A DNA stretch of 64,000 nucleotides from a plasmid, in sequence record NZ_CP070571.1; one strand, given 5' to 3'. Position 1 is the first letter of the stretch; every line of letters starts with the position of its first letter. Under the pieces are notes generated by a model, which was not told where the DNA came from, did no database searches, and saw only the letters and a program-made list of their open reading frames with translations. The position numbers were made by a program, and so were the translations under genes. Below, piece after piece: positions 1 through 12,912 of this stretch.

Positions 1-317
1 GCATGCTCACGGCGGGTATTTTCCCTCTGACCGTATTCTGCAAGAACGGTGATATCACGAATCCCGAGCTGTCTGGCGGTAAAATGCCGGACGCCGGAAG
101 GAATATGATTCATGTCAGTAAGAAAAGTGCCCAGAAAACGCACACACCCGATTTGCAGGGCAATACCAAGTCGATTGTGATCACCCCGGCTTTTCCCGAT
201 AAATTCTTTATCCGCTTCATCAAGATGAAAATAACGCGCCAGCTGAAGTTCATCGGGTTCGCCAGTGAACCTGCCATAACTCTCAACCTGCTCAGTGGTC
301 AAAAAATCAACGGGCAT
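1..317 (-). CDS. tnpA: Tn3-family transposase TnpA, N-terminal ~105 codons (continues beyond window start)
   Basis: Reverse-strand translation from ATG at 315-317 gives MPVDFLTTEQVESYGRFTGEPDELQLARYFHLDEADKEFIGKSRGDHNRLGIALQIGCVRF..., the Tn3/Tn1331 TnpA N-terminus. It is divergent from tnpR across a res-sized gap. Absent from the ORF track because no stop codon falls inside the window. Confidence 0.8.
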   Translation of the reverse strand, partial: MPVDFLTTEQVESYGRFTGEPDELQLARYFHLDEADKEFIGKSRGDHNRLGIALQIGCVRFLGTFLTDMNHIPSGVRHFTARQLGIRDITVLAEYGQRENTRREH

Positions 318-329
318 ATCGGCCTCCCT

Positions 330-1036
<707 letters not shown>

Positions 1037-1218
1037 TACGCCTATTTTTATAGGTTAATGTCATGATAATAATGGTTTCTTAGACGTCAGGTGGCACTTT
1101 TCGGGGAAAAGTGCGCGGAACCCCTATTTGTTTATTTTTCTAAATACATTCAAATATGTATCCGCTCATGAGACAATAACCCTGATAAATGCTTCAATAA
1201 TATTGAAAAAGGAAGAGT
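1037..1218 (+). promoter_or_regulatory. blaTEM promoter/leader remnant driving aac(6')-Ib (Tn1331 arrangement)
   Basis: Sequence ...ttcaaatatgtatccgctcatgagacaataaccctgataaatgcttcaataatattgaaaaaggaagagt ATG AGT ATT CAA CAT TTC C is the blaTEM-1 promoter and the first 6 codons. It then runs into aac(6')-Ib. Confidence 0.75.
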
Positions 1219-1824
1219 ATGAGTATTCAACATTTCCAAACAAAGTTAGGCATCACAAAGTACAGCATCGTGACCAACAGCAACGATTCCGTCACACTGC
1301 GCCTCATGACTGAGCATGACCTTGCGATGCTCTATGAGTGGCTAAATCGATCTCATATCGTCGAGTGGTGGGGCGGAGAAGAAGCACGCCCGACACTTGC
1401 TGACGTACAGGAACAGTACTTGCCAAGCGTTTTAGCGCAAGAGTCCGTCACTCCATACATTGCAATGCTGAATGGAGAGCCGATTGGGTATGCCCAGTCG
1501 TACGTTGCTCTTGGAAGCGGGGACGGATGGTGGGAAGAAGAAACCGATCCAGGAGTACGCGGAATAGACCAGTTACTGGCGAATGCATCACAACTGGGCA
1601 AAGGCTTGGGAACCAAGCTGGTTCGAGCTCTGGTTGAGTTGCTGTTCAATGATCCCGAGGTCACCAAGATCCAAACGGACCCGTCGCCGAGCAACTTGCG
1701 AGCGATCCGATGCTACGAGAAAGCGGGGTTTGAGAGGCAAGGTACCGTAACCACCCCAGATGGTCCAGCCGTGTACATGGTTCAAACACGCCAGGCATTC
1801 GAGCGAACACGCAGTGTTGCCTAA
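1219..1824 (+). CDS. aac(6')-Ib: aminoglycoside 6'-N-acetyltransferase AAC(6')-Ib, Tn1331-type TEM-leader fusion; W102 and D179, so not the -cr allele
   Basis: MSIQHF (TEM start) fused to ...[26 protein letters not shown]...[10 protein letters not shown]...[24 protein letters not shown]. Confidence 0.9.
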
Positions 1825-1893
1825 CCCTTCCATCGAGGGGGACGTCCAAGGGCTGGCGCCCTTGGCCGCCCCTCATGTCAAACGTTAAACATC
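1825..1893 (+). other. attC (59-be) of the aac(6')-Ib cassette
   Basis: Imperfect palindrome cccttccatcgagggggacgtccaagggctggcgcccttggccgcccctcatgtcaaacgttaaac between the aac stop and the aadA1 start. Confidence 0.5.
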
Positions 1894-2111
1894 ATGAGGG
1901 AAGCGGTGATCGCCGAAGTATCGACTCAACTATCAGAGGTAGTTGGCGTCATCGAGCGCCATCTCGAACCGACGTTGCTGGCCGTACATTTGTACGGCTC
2001 CGCAGTGGATGGCGGCCTGAAGCCACACAGTGATATTGATTTGCTGGTTACGGTGACCGTAAGGCTTGATGAAACAACGCGGCGAGCTTTGATCAACGAC
2101 CTTTTGGAAAC
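1894..2111 (+). pseudogene. aadA1: aadA1 5' fragment (first ~73 codons), truncated by IS26
   Basis: MREAVIAEVSTQLSEVVGVIERHLEPTLLAVHLYGSAVDGGLKPHSDIDLLVTVTVRLDETTRRALINDLLETA, then the IS26 IRL GGCACTGTTGCAAA at 2112. Confidence 0.85.
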
Positions 2112-2520
2112 GGCACTGTTGCAAATAGTCGGTGGTGATAAACTTATCATCCCCTTTTGCTGATGGAGCTGCACATGAACCCATTCAAAGGCCGGCATTT
2201 TCAGCGTGACATCATTCTGTGGGCCGTACGCTGGTACTGCAAATACGGCATCAGTTACCGTGAGCTGCAGGAGATGCTGGCTGAACGCGGAGTGAATGTC
2301 GATCACTCCACGATTTACCGCTGGGTTCAGCGTTATGCGCCTGAAATGGAAAAACGGCTGCGCTGGTACTGGCGTAACCCTTCCGATCTTTGCCCGTGGC
2401 ACATGGATGAAACCTACGTGAAGGTCAATGGCCGCTGGGCGTATCTGTACCGGGCCGTCGACAGCCGGGGCCGCACTGTCGATTTTTATCTCTCCTCCCG
2501 TCGTAACAGCAAAGCTGCAT
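2112..2520 (+). mobile_element. tnp26: IS26, left 409 bp (IRL plus first ~115 codons of tnp26), interrupted by Tn4401
   Basis: IRL GGCACTGTTGCAAATAGTCGGTGG at 2112. tnp26 ATG at 2175 (MNPFKGRHFQRDIILWAVRWYCKYG...SSRRNSKAA). Ends in TGCAT (2516-2520), which is repeated at 12428-12432. Confidence 0.9.
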
Positions 2521-2560
2521 GGGGGGGTAAGCGGGAACCCCAGAAAATTCCGCCATTCCG
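2521..2560. repeat. Tn4401 terminal inverted repeat (ISKpn6 side)
   Basis: GGGG-initiated IR matching the inverted copy at 12388-12427 in about 34 of 39 positions. Confidence 0.75.
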
Positions 2561-2816
2561 CATTGTGGAATTTTTTGGGGGGGTGGTCCGCGGCATGACG
2601 ACCCGCCAAAGGCTACCGCATCTATCTGAGGCGCTGTGGCGCGACGCTGAAACCCCGGGGAATTCCGCTACTCCAGTTCCAGGTCCGCAATAGTTCGTCC
2701 AGGTCGGGTGGCGTACGCCGGAAACGCCGATTTTTCCGCAACCGTTTCTGCGTTGTCGGCAAGGTGGTCTCAGAGAGCGCTCAAGAAGCGGTTTTTCTCG
2801 TATGTTTAGCTACGGT

Positions 2817-4367
2817 GGCCTAGGAGCCTGCGCGGCAGAAGCCAAATCGGCGGAAGATCGAGGACGATACGGGGATGGCTGCCAGTTACCTTCCTTACCG
2901 ACCCGACCAATCCTATCTGCTGCCCCCTTCTCTGGGAGAGTGGCTACCTGAAGGGCATCTTGCCTACTTCATCAGCGAGACTGTCGATACGCTGGACTTG
3001 AGCGCATTCCACGCCCGGTATGCCGGCGGTGGTCCGGGCAATCAGCCGTTTCATCCGGCGATGATGGTCAAAGTGCTGATCTATGGTTACGCGAGCGGCG
3101 TCTTCTCTTCGCGCAAACTAGCCAGGAAGCTGTACGAGGATGTCGCGTTGCGTGTGCTGGCCGCTGGAAACTTCCCGGCCCACCGCACGCTGAGTGACTT
3201 CCGTGCCCTACACCTGACCGAGCTTGAGAATTTGTTCGTTCAGGTGGTGCAACTGGCGCGCGAATGTGGGCTGGTGAAGCTTGGCACGATCGCGGTCGAC
3301 GGCACCAAGGTAAAAGCCAACGCCAGCCGCCACAAGGCGATGAGCTATAAGCGCATGAAGCCGGCCGAGGACGAATTGCATTGCGAGATCAAGGCGCTGC
3401 TTGATCGCGCCAAGGCTACCGACGACCAGGAGCGTAACGAGCCGGAGCTGGACATTCCTGCCGAGATTTCTCGCCGCGAGAAGCGCCTGGAGGCGATCCA
3501 GGCGGCAAAGGCGCGCCTGGAAGCGCGCCAGCGTGAAGCGGACCAGGCCCGGGGGCGCAGCGAAGACGATGGCCGCCGGCCTCGCCATCCGGATGGCTCG
3601 GACAAGGGCGGTGGCTCGTACAAACGCGAGTTTGGTGTGCCGGATGACCGTGATCAGGAAAGCTTCACCGATCCGGACAGCCGGATCATGAAACACGCCG
3701 GTGGTGGCTCCGAGCAGAGCTACAACGGGTACACAGCGGTCGATGCCGAGCACCAGATCATCGTGGCGGCGGAGTTGACCAACTGCGCCGCGGACAGTCA
3801 GGCGCTGCTGGGCATGCTGGCAGCAGTTCAGGCCAACACCGGAGAAATGCCGGCCCAGACGCTGGCGGATGCGGGATTCCGTAGTGAGGCTGTTCTGGCA
3901 AAGGTCGCCGATCACCACGGCGATGTCATCGTTGCCCTCGGCCGCGAGGGACGTGAAGATGCCAAGGTCAATGCCAAGACCCATCCGCATACGGCGGCGA
4001 TTGCGGCGAAATTGAAAACGGAGCAAGGCGATGCAGCTTACCGCCGGCGCAAGTCGATCGTGGAGGCTCCGAATGGTTGGATCAAGGCGGTGATGGGATT
4101 GCGTCAGTTCAGCATGAGGGGCCTGGACAAGGTGCAAGCCGAGTGGAAGCTCGTCTGCATGGCGCTAAATCTGAGGCGAATGGCGTATCTGTGAGGGCGA
4201 AGGTTAAATGGGGCGGCTCAAATGCACCCCAGTCGTCATAACACGCCGCGCGCCGCAAGATTGGTATCCTTGGCGCCGACGCCTTGCCAATTGCAGAGAG
4301 CGCCGCCGCCATCGTCAGTGCTCTACAGAAAACCGGTCACACGGCTCTGCCGCGCAGACTCCTAGCC
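2817..4367 (+). mobile_element. ISKpn6 (IS1182 family), ~1.55 kb
   Basis: Terminal IRs GGCCTAGGAGCCTGCGCGGCAG (2817) and CTGCCGCGCAGACTCCTAGCC (4347-4367) flank a single DDE transposase ORF. Confidence 0.75.
2875..4194 (+). CDS. ISKpn6 transposase (IS1182/IS5-superfamily DDE), 439 aa
   Basis: MAASYLPYRPDQSYLLPPSLGEWLPEGHLAYFISETVDTLDLSAFHARYAGGGPGNQPFHPAMMVKVLIYGYASGVFSSRKLARKLYEDVALRVLAAGNFPAHRTLSDFR... is the typical IS1182-family N-terminus. Position is immediately downstream of blaKPC as in Tn4401. Confidence 0.8.
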   Translation: MAASYLPYRPDQSYLLPPSLGEWLPEGHLAYFISETVDTLDLSAFHARYAGGGPGNQPFHPAMMVKVLIYGYASGVFSSRKLARKLYEDVALRVLAAGNFPAHRTLSDFRALHLTELENLFVQVVQLARECGLVKLGTIAVDGTKVKANASRHKAMSYKRMKPAEDELHCEIKALLDRAKATDDQERNEPELDIPAEISRREKRLEAIQAAKARLEARQREADQARGRSEDDGRRPRHPDGSDKGGGSYKREFGVPDDRDQESFTDPDSRIMKHAGGGSEQSYNGYTAVDAEHQIIVAAELTNCAADSQALLGMLAAVQANTGEMPAQTLADAGFRSEAVLAKVADHHGDVIVALGREGREDAKVNAKTHPHTAAIAAKLKTEQGDAAYRRRKSIVEAPNGWIKAVMGLRQFSMRGLDKVQAEWKLVCMALNLRRMAYL

Positions 4368-4443
4368 TAAATGTGACAGTGGTTGGTAATCCATGCCGCC
4401 CGCAAGGGCGGCGGTGGTGGGCCAATAGATGATTTTCAGAGCC

Positions 4444-5325
4444 TTACTGCCCGTTGACGCCCAATCCCTCGAGCGCGAGTCTAGCCGCAGCGGCGATGAC
4501 GGCCTCGCTGTGCTTGTCATCCTTGTTAGGCGCCCGGGTGTAGACGGCCAACACAATAGGTGCGCGCCCAGTGGGCCAGACGACGGCATAGTCATTTGCC
4601 GTGCCATACACTCCGCAGGTTCCGGTTTTGTCTCCGACTGCCCAGTCTGCCGGCACCGCCGCGCGGATGCGGTGGTTGCCGGTCGTGTTTCCCTTTAGCC
4701 AATCAACAAACTGCTGCCGCTGCGGCGCAGCCAGTGCAGAGCCCAGTGTCAGTTTTTGTAAGCTTTCCGTCACGGCGCGCGGCGATGAGGTATCGCGCGC
4801 ATCGCCTGGGATGGCGGAGTTCAGCTCCAGCTCCCAGCGGTCCAGACGGAACGTGGTATCGCCGATAGAGCGCATGAAGGCCGTCAGCCCGGCCGGGCCG
4901 CCCAACTCCTTCAGCAACAAATTGGCGGCGGCGTTATCACTGTATTGCACGGCGGCCGCGGACAGCTCCGCCACCGTCATGCCTGTTGTCAGATATTTTT
5001 CCGAGATGGGTGACCACGGAACCAGCGCATTTTTGCCGTAACGGATGGGTGTGTCCAGCAAGCCGGCCTGCTGCTGGCTGCGAGCCAGCACAGCGGCAGC
5101 AAGAAAGCCCTTGAATGAGCTGCACAGTGGGAAGCGCTCCTCAGCGCGGTAACTTACAGTTGCGCCTGAGCCGGTATCCATCGCGTACACACCGATGGAG
5201 CCGCCAAAGTCCTGTTCGAGTTTAGCGAATGGTTCCGCGACGAGGTTGGTCAGCGCGGTGGCAGAAAAGCCAGCCAGCGGCCATGAGAGACAAGACAGCA
5301 GAACTAGACGGCGATACAGTGACAT
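4444..5325 (-). CDS. blaKPC-2: KPC class A carbapenemase, 293 aa; H272 present, so KPC-2-type rather than KPC-3
   Basis: [293 protein letters not shown] matches KPC-2 as remembered. The ORF-track start at 5328 adds one extra Met. Confidence 0.9.
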
Positions 5326-5544
5326 CAACGATATTCCTTGTTTGAAGGTGGAGCTAGGTGTAGCGGCCGGATGTAATCAGGCCGCTACAGCTGGGATTAT
5401 CACCGAGCTTGAAAAACGAATCAGGTCGGCGTTCATGGGTCGGCCACCTCGCCTGACCTCGGCATCCACGTTACGGACGGCCTCAGGAAGTCCTGGCCAA
5501 GCCCCGACTATTGGGGCGCGAAGATAGCACCGAGGGTACGCCGG
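5326..5544 (-). promoter_or_regulatory. blaKPC upstream promoter region (219 bp between ISKpn7 IRR and the KPC ATG)
   Basis: The spacing fits the 99-bp-deleted Tn4401a upstream region. Individual -35/-10 boxes not assigned. Confidence 0.4.
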
Positions 5545-5612
5545 TGTCAACACCAACTGAAAACTGACCCACTTTACCCCTGAATCACCAAAGTAATACT
5601 GACCCACCTGGA

Positions 5613-7438
<1,826 letters not shown>

Positions 7439-7520
7439 ACTAGCCCAGGTGGATCAGTTTTACTTCGCTGGGGTGGGTCAGTTTTACACTGCTGCTAACA
7501 CGGAACCGCTGAAAATTCCG

Positions 7521-10500
7521 TCACTCCAGTTCCAGGCCTGCGACGATCGCATCGAGATCGATCGTCTTGCCGCTGCTTTGAAAGGTGTAGTGCCCGTTGA
7601 GCAGGATGTGCCGCCATGCCGCAGGCGAAATTTTTGTGATGAGTGCCAGCGCCTTGCTGTTGCCGGCCGCCTCGTACTTGGTCACCAGCCGCGACAAGAT
7701 TGCCGAGTTGTAGAAAATGATCGTGTTGGCGATCAGCCGTGCGCACTGGTTGCTGATCTCGATTTCAATGTCGGTGCGACCGGTCAGTTCCTTCTTACCG
7801 CCGACCTGGGCAATGGCCGAGCGTAGCTGATGGTAGGACTCGAGGCGATTTTGCGAGCGGTGCACGTTGCGTTCCAGTTGCGGATCGCGCAGGTAGCGAA
7901 GCGTGTAGATGCTGCGGATGAGCTTGTCGAACTCGAAGATCGCGCGCCGCGTCGGGTTCGTCGTGGTGTAGGTGCACAGCTTGCGGATCAGCGTGCCCTG
8001 CGTCATTTCCTTCAGCCCGAGTGTGGCGACGATCCGGTCGATGTTCGGCTTCTCGCGATGGATGAGATCGCAGTCGATTTTCCCGACTGGCCGAATCAGG
8101 CACGCCTGATACTGTGCTGGATCGTCAGCGCAGTAGAGTTCTTTCAATTGCGCGTTGAGGTCGGTGAAGCGCGGCTCGAACCGCCGGCCAAACCAATGCA
8201 GGATGGCGAAGTTGGCCTTGTTGACGCTGTGCATGTCGCCGGTGATCGCGGTCGGCATGATGTCCGACGTGTTGCGATACCAGATGTCGAACACGTGGTG
8301 GGCCTCGTAGTCGTGCGCGCCGATCAGGTAGCCGTTGAGCGGGATGTGGTTGCACAGCAGCGTGTAGGCGACCACGCCCTTGCCGCGCCCGAAGTACTTG
8401 CGCGAATAGCGCGCCTTCACGGTCGGCCGTTCGACGCTGAATTTCTGCCCGTCGACGGCACCGTACAGCGTTTCGAGGTCGAACGAGTAGTATGGGAAGA
8501 TCGGTAGCGTGGCGATGGCGTTGCTGATGCAGTCGTTGGCCGCGTGCAGCGTTGCCTGGCGCAGGTACTGCTGGTAGCCGCTATCCAGCACGTGGTACGG
8601 GATGTCGCTGGTGCGCGCCATGACGTGGTTGCCGTGGTTCATCGCTTGCGCGATGATGACCGCCATCAGGCTGTCAGCGTCGGCGACCTTCTTCGCGTAG
8701 CGCGGCTGCATGGGCGTGAACGCCGACAGAAACTTGCACTCGTCGTTGACGAAGCGAAACACGTCGGCCACGTCGCAGAACGGAAGCTTCTCGTAGAATG
8801 CCTTTTCGCGCGCTTTCTCATTCTCGCTCTTGGGCTTGCGCCAGGTCAGTTTCTGCGTGTCCTTGTTGTATTCGAGGTGCGTCAGCTTGCCCTGTTTCAG
8901 CTCGCGGTTGAACGCCAGCCACTGCGTGCGCAGTTCGGCAGTCAGCGCATCGAGTTGGGCATGGACGGGTTGCTGCAGGAAGGGGATCTCCATTTTTGCG
9001 AGCACATCGATCTTCCTGTCCATCTCAACCAGTTCATCTGAGAAGTGCCGGTGTTGCAGGCTGTCGTCGAGGTAGAGTTCACCCGATTGGAGACGCTTCC
9101 TGATCTGGCGGTACAGCCAGAACTCGTAGCGGTCAGCGTGCAGGCCGGTTGGTTTACCGTCGGCGTCGAAGGTCAGCAGGTACGGCCGCAAGCGTTTCGG
9201 AAGTGTCGCCGCGGGCCACTCGTCGAGTGGCCGTTGCGACAGCCGCTGCTGCTTGGCAAAAACACCTTTGGCCCAGGCCAGCGCGGCAAGCCATGGACTG
9301 TCTGGATTGGAGCCGGAGAGGTCGAGCGCAACGTACAGTGGACGAAGATGGCGGCGCATGCGGTCGGCCAGCCCGTCCACCGCCTGCCACTGCAAGGCCA
9401 GCTTGCTCGCCGGCTTCACGCTCATACGCTGCGCCGTGGTTTGCAGCGTATCGCGAGGCATGATCTTGTAGGCGCGCTGCCGCACCTCGCCGAAGGGCGT
9501 GGGATCGGCCACGCTATCATCAACGTAGAGTGACAGCAGGCGGCCTACCCGCGGCGTTTCCTGCTGACGGCGCACCTGCTCGTCGGCAAAGGATTGTTTG
9601 GCACCAGCGCTGCTTTCGTCCTCCAACTGCTTCATGTGGTACGCCATCGCATCGACCAGGTTGTCGGAGAGCTGCCGGTAGCGTACCCAGGCATAGCACA
9701 GCAGGTAGAGTTGGGTCTGATCGGCCTTCAGATTGCGCAGGTCGTGGACGGTGTAGAAGTTTGCCAGGCTCGCGTAGTACAGCAGGTTCTGCTGCGAGAC
9801 GTCGAGTTTAGGCAGCAGTGTCTTGGCGATTGCGTGCAGCGGCTCCAGCGTGGCGCGCTTTTCGCGCTCGCGGACCATCTGGCGCCAGCCGAAATTCTTG
9901 GCGTCCTGCTTGAGCGCCGCCAGTTGCGACAGGGTGTCATCACGGACCAGAAGCTGGCTCAGCGCGGCCTTGGCAGATTCGTCCAACGCTTGCTCCAGCA
10001 GATTGCCCAGGCGCCGGCGCTCGGCGGATAGCGTTTCGCTGACCAACTCTTGCAAGGTCGTATAGCCGGGCCGGATAATCTTGTGCTCATTGAGCCAGAC
10101 GATCAGCTCGGCGGCGACGAACCCCGGCGTTACGTCACGCCGCACGGTCCGTGCGGCCTGCTGCTCGAGCTGCGGCAGGAAGGCGGCCGACCACGGCCAG
10201 TAGCCGAATAGTTTGGCGATCTGCTCGCGCTGGGTGTAGCGTTCATGCTTGGTGATCGCCTTGGGTTCGAACACCTCGCCGTGGAAATAGCGGCTCAGCA
10301 CGAAAGCGCAATCGTCCTCGACTTCGTCCCAGTCGAAACTGAAGAAGGCATGCTTGGCCTTGAAGTAGCCGATCTGCAAGAGGCAATAGACCTTGGCATG
10401 AAGACTGGGCCGGCTGTTGGCAAGCGCCAACTCGGTTTCTGTCACAGCCAGATATTCCAGCTGCTGCGCATCATCGAACTCCGGCAGGCCATACAAGGCC

Positions 10501-10550
10501 TCCTGTTCGGCGTCGGATAGGACGCTGAGTAGCTTGTTCTTCTTGCTCAT
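7521..10550 (-). CDS. tnpA: Tn4401 Tn3-family DDE transposase TnpA (1009 aa)
   Basis: About 1,000 aa with the Tn3-family C-terminal catalytic domain. Divergent from tnpR across a 110-bp putative res region. Confidence 0.85.
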   Translation of the reverse strand: MSKKNKLLSVLSDAEQEALYGLPEFDDAQQLEYLAVTETELALANSRPSLHAKVYCLLQIGYFKAKHAFFSFDWDEVEDDCAFVLSRYFHGEVFEPKAITKHERYTQREQIAKLFGYWPWSAAFLPQLEQQAARTVRRDVTPGFVAAELIVWLNEHKIIRPGYTTLQELVSETLSAERRRLGNLLEQALDESAKAALSQLLVRDDTLSQLAALKQDAKNFGWRQMVREREKRATLEPLHAIAKTLLPKLDVSQQNLLYYASLANFYTVHDLRNLKADQTQLYLLCYAWVRYRQLSDNLVDAMAYHMKQLEDESSAGAKQSFADEQVRRQQETPRVGRLLSLYVDDSVADPTPFGEVRQRAYKIMPRDTLQTTAQRMSVKPASKLALQWQAVDGLADRMRRHLRPLYVALDLSGSNPDSPWLAALAWAKGVFAKQQRLSQRPLDEWPAATLPKRLRPYLLTFDADGKPTGLHADRYEFWLYRQIRKRLQSGELYLDDSLQHRHFSDELVEMDRKIDVLAKMEIPFLQQPVHAQLDALTAELRTQWLAFNRELKQGKLTHLEYNKDTQKLTWRKPKSENEKAREKAFYEKLPFCDVADVFRFVNDECKFLSAFTPMQPRYAKKVADADSLMAVIIAQAMNHGNHVMARTSDIPYHVLDSGYQQYLRQATLHAANDCISNAIATLPIFPYYSFDLETLYGAVDGQKFSVERPTVKARYSRKYFGRGKGVVAYTLLCNHIPLNGYLIGAHDYEAHHVFDIWYRNTSDIMPTAITGDMHSVNKANFAILHWFGRRFEPRFTDLNAQLKELYCADDPAQYQACLIRPVGKIDCDLIHREKPNIDRIVATLGLKEMTQGTLIRKLCTYTTTNPTRRAIFEFDKLIRSIYTLRYLRDPQLERNVHRSQNRLESYHQLRSAIAQVGGKKELTGRTDIEIEISNQCARLIANTIIFYNSAILSRLVTKYEAAGNSKALALITKISPAAWRHILLNGHYTFQSSGKTIDLDAIVAGLELE

Positions 10551-10659
10551 GGCCCGTTCTTGCTATCTTGAGGTTTCGTAGAAACATGGGGCATTTTCGA
10601 TTCTACTGAAATAATCGTTATTATCGCGTTACTCGCTTTTCGAATCGCAACCTGTCCAT
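10551..10659. promoter_or_regulatory. putative res / divergent promoter region of Tn4401
   Basis: Intergenic gap between divergent tnpA and tnpR. Confidence 0.4.
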
Positions 10660-12375
10660 ATGAAAACGGGCCAGACTACGGCTTCGAGTTCTACCCCAGT
10701 CGGCTTTCCCGATGCGGATTCGCTGGCTGCCTTGCGCGGCTGGTACGCGGGACTCAGCTCTCGCGCGGCCGTTGAACACTACCTGGCGGCACGCAAGGCC
10801 GCCGGTCAATCAGCGCGAGGGATGCTGGGGCATATCCGCCGCCAGCTCATCGTTTTCGCCAACAGCCGCCACCGGCCGGATCTGGCCGACGTGTTCCAGC
10901 ACGCCCCCGAAGAGCGACAGGGGCGCGCGGGTGCCGTCGAACGCGCGATCCGGCTCTTGCCCACGCTGCCGGCGCCGAAGCCCCAGATCAGCGACAGCAT
11001 CGACCAGTGGCTGTCTCCGAGGACCGTCAGGGCACTGCAGGCGTACGGTATCCACACCCTCTCGGCGCTGACCGTGCGCATTCCCCGCCGGCGTGGCTGG
11101 TGGAAAGCCATCGAGGGACTCGGCATGACAGGCGCCCGGCAGGTCGAGGCTTTCTTTGCCGCACATCCGCAGCTCACCGAGCGCGCCCGGGCCCTGATCC
11201 CGATTATTCAGCCCAGCGGCATCGTGCCGTGGGAGCAGTTGCGTCTGCCGAACGAAGTCGACGGCTCGCAGGGCAATTTCCGGGCCCCGCGCAACGCTTG
11301 CACGCTGAATGCGACCAACGACTACGAGGCCGTGCAGGCCTGGCTGGCGCTGCACGAGACTGTCGCCACACAGCGCGCCTATCGCAAGGAGGCTGCGCGG
11401 CTAATCCTGTGGGCCATCGTCGAACGCGGACGGGCGCTATCATCCCTGACCACGGACGATGCAATCGCGTACCGGGCCTTTGTCCGGCACCCGACCCCGC
11501 GCGAGCGTTGGGTGGGGCCACCTCGACCACGCGATTCGGTGGAATGGCGCCCCTTCTCGGGCGGCTTGTCCGCACGCTCGGCAGCGTATGCGCTGACGGT
11601 GCTCTCGGCGCTGTTCCGGTGGCTCATCGAGCAGCGCTATGTGCTGGCCAACCCTTTCGCCGGCGTCAAGGTACGCGGTCACGCCTTGCGGCCCGCACTG
11701 GATACGGCGCGAGGCTTTACCGAGGGAGAATGGCTACTGCTGCGCGCCATTGCAGACGGCCTGGAATGGTCCTACGGCTGGTCCGAGCCGGCAGCACAAC
11801 GCCTGCGCTTCATGCTCGACTTCGGCTATGCCACGGGCCTGCGCGCTAGCGAACTGGTCGGCGCCGTCCTGGGTAATGTCCGCCTCGACGAGCACGGTGA
11901 CCACTGGCTGCATTTGGTTGGCAAAGGTGGCAAACCAGGTAAGGTGGCCTTGCCGCCGCTCGCGTATACGGCGCTGGACCAATACTTGGCACAGCGTCAA
12001 CTGCCAGTCAGCCGGGAACGGTGGAATCCGAAAACGCCCCTGGTGGGCAGTCTTGGGGAAGACGGTAATGCCGGCATCACCGGCCCTCACCTTTGGTGCG
12101 TGTTGCGAAGATTCTTTACGCAAGCCGCTGAGGCCATTGAGGCCGATCATCCGGTCGCCGCCGAAAAGCTGCGCCGTGCCACGCCTCATTGGATGCGTCA
12201 CAGTCATGCCAGCCATGCGTTGGCCCGGGGAGCTCAGCTCACCGCGGTGCGCGACAACCTACGCCATGCGTCGATCGCCACGACGTCGATGTATTTGCAT
12301 GGCGATGAGCTCGAGCGCGCCAGGCAGATGCGGCAGGCTTTTGGCGCTCGTCACGTCAAGCGAGGAGTCGACTGA
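10660..12375 (+). CDS. tnpR: Tn4401 tnpR product: large (571 aa) tyrosine-recombinase-type resolvase
   Basis: C-terminal R...H..R...Y signature (RATPHWMRHSHASHALARGAQL ... NLRHASIATTSMYLH). Sits in the resolvase position of the transposon. Ends 12 bp before the IR. Confidence 0.75.
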   Translation: MKTGQTTASSSTPVGFPDADSLAALRGWYAGLSSRAAVEHYLAARKAAGQSARGMLGHIRRQLIVFANSRHRPDLADVFQHAPEERQGRAGAVERAIRLLPTLPAPKPQISDSIDQWLSPRTVRALQAYGIHTLSALTVRIPRRRGWWKAIEGLGMTGARQVEAFFAAHPQLTERARALIPIIQPSGIVPWEQLRLPNEVDGSQGNFRAPRNACTLNATNDYEAVQAWLALHETVATQRAYRKEAARLILWAIVERGRALSSLTTDDAIAYRAFVRHPTPRERWVGPPRPRDSVEWRPFSGGLSARSAAYALTVLSALFRWLIEQRYVLANPFAGVKVRGHALRPALDTARGFTEGEWLLLRAIADGLEWSYGWSEPAAQRLRFMLDFGYATGLRASELVGAVLGNVRLDEHGDHWLHLVGKGGKPGKVALPPLAYTALDQYLAQRQLPVSRERWNPKTPLVGSLGEDGNAGITGPHLWCVLRRFFTQAAEAIEADHPVAAEKLRRATPHWMRHSHASHALARGAQLTAVRDNLRHASIATTSMYLHGDELERARQMRQAFGARHVKRGVD

Positions 12376-12387
12376 ATTTTCATCATA

Positions 12388-12427
12388 CGGAATGACGGAA
12401 TTTTCTGGGATTCCCGCTTAGAACCCC
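12388..12427. repeat. Tn4401 terminal inverted repeat (tnpR side)
   Basis: Reverse complement reads GGGGTTCTAAGCGGGAATCCCAGAAAATTCCGTCATTCCG. Confidence 0.75.
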
Positions 12428-12432
12428 TGCAT

Positions 12433-12843
12433 ACCGGTTTCTGGGTAAAATCCTCAACAACGTGAAGAAGTGGCAGATCCCGCGATTCATCAACACGGAT
12501 AAAGCGCCCGCCTATGGTCGCGCGCTTGCTCTGCTCAAACGCGAAGGCCGGTGCCCGTCTGACGTTGAACACCGACAGATTAAGTACCGGAACAACGTGA
12601 TTGAATGCGATCATGGCAAACTGAAACGGATAATCGGCGCCACGCTGGGATTTAAATCCATGAAGACGGCTTACGCCACCATCAAAGGTATTGAGGTGAT
12701 GCGTGCACTACGCAAAGGCCAGGCCTCAGCATTTTATTATGGTGATCCCCTGGGCGAAATGCGCCTGGTAAGCAGAGTTTTTGAAATGTAAGGCCTTTGA
12801 ATAAGACAAAAGGCTGCCTCATCGCTAACTTTGCAACAGTGCC
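12433..12843 (+). mobile_element. tnp26: IS26, right 411 bp (tnp26 3' part plus IRR), continuation of the element interrupted at 2520
   Basis: Resumes ...YRFLGKILNNVKKWQIPRFINTDKAPAYG... through the stop at 12791. IRR TTTGCAACAGTGCC at 12830-12843. Left plus right parts total 820 bp plus the 5-bp TSD. Confidence 0.9.
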
Positions 12844-12912
12844 GGATTGAATATAACCGACGTGACTGTTACATTTAGGTGGCTAAACCCGTCAAGCCCT
12901 CAGGAGTGAATC

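Noticed and set aside
3208-4137. 309-aa minus-strand ORF inside the ISKpn6 transposase gene, and similar long antisense ORFs inside the Tn4401 tnpA, tnpR, Tn21-type tnpA and IstA/IstB
   Set aside because: These are GC-rich antisense frames with Arg/Ala-rich translations. The sense-strand products have clear family signatures, so the antisense ORFs are discounted.
12351-12614. 87-aa minus-strand ORF (also its twin inside 50477-51373)
   Set aside because: It is antisense within IS26 tnp26; it appears wherever IS26 occurs and has no known product.
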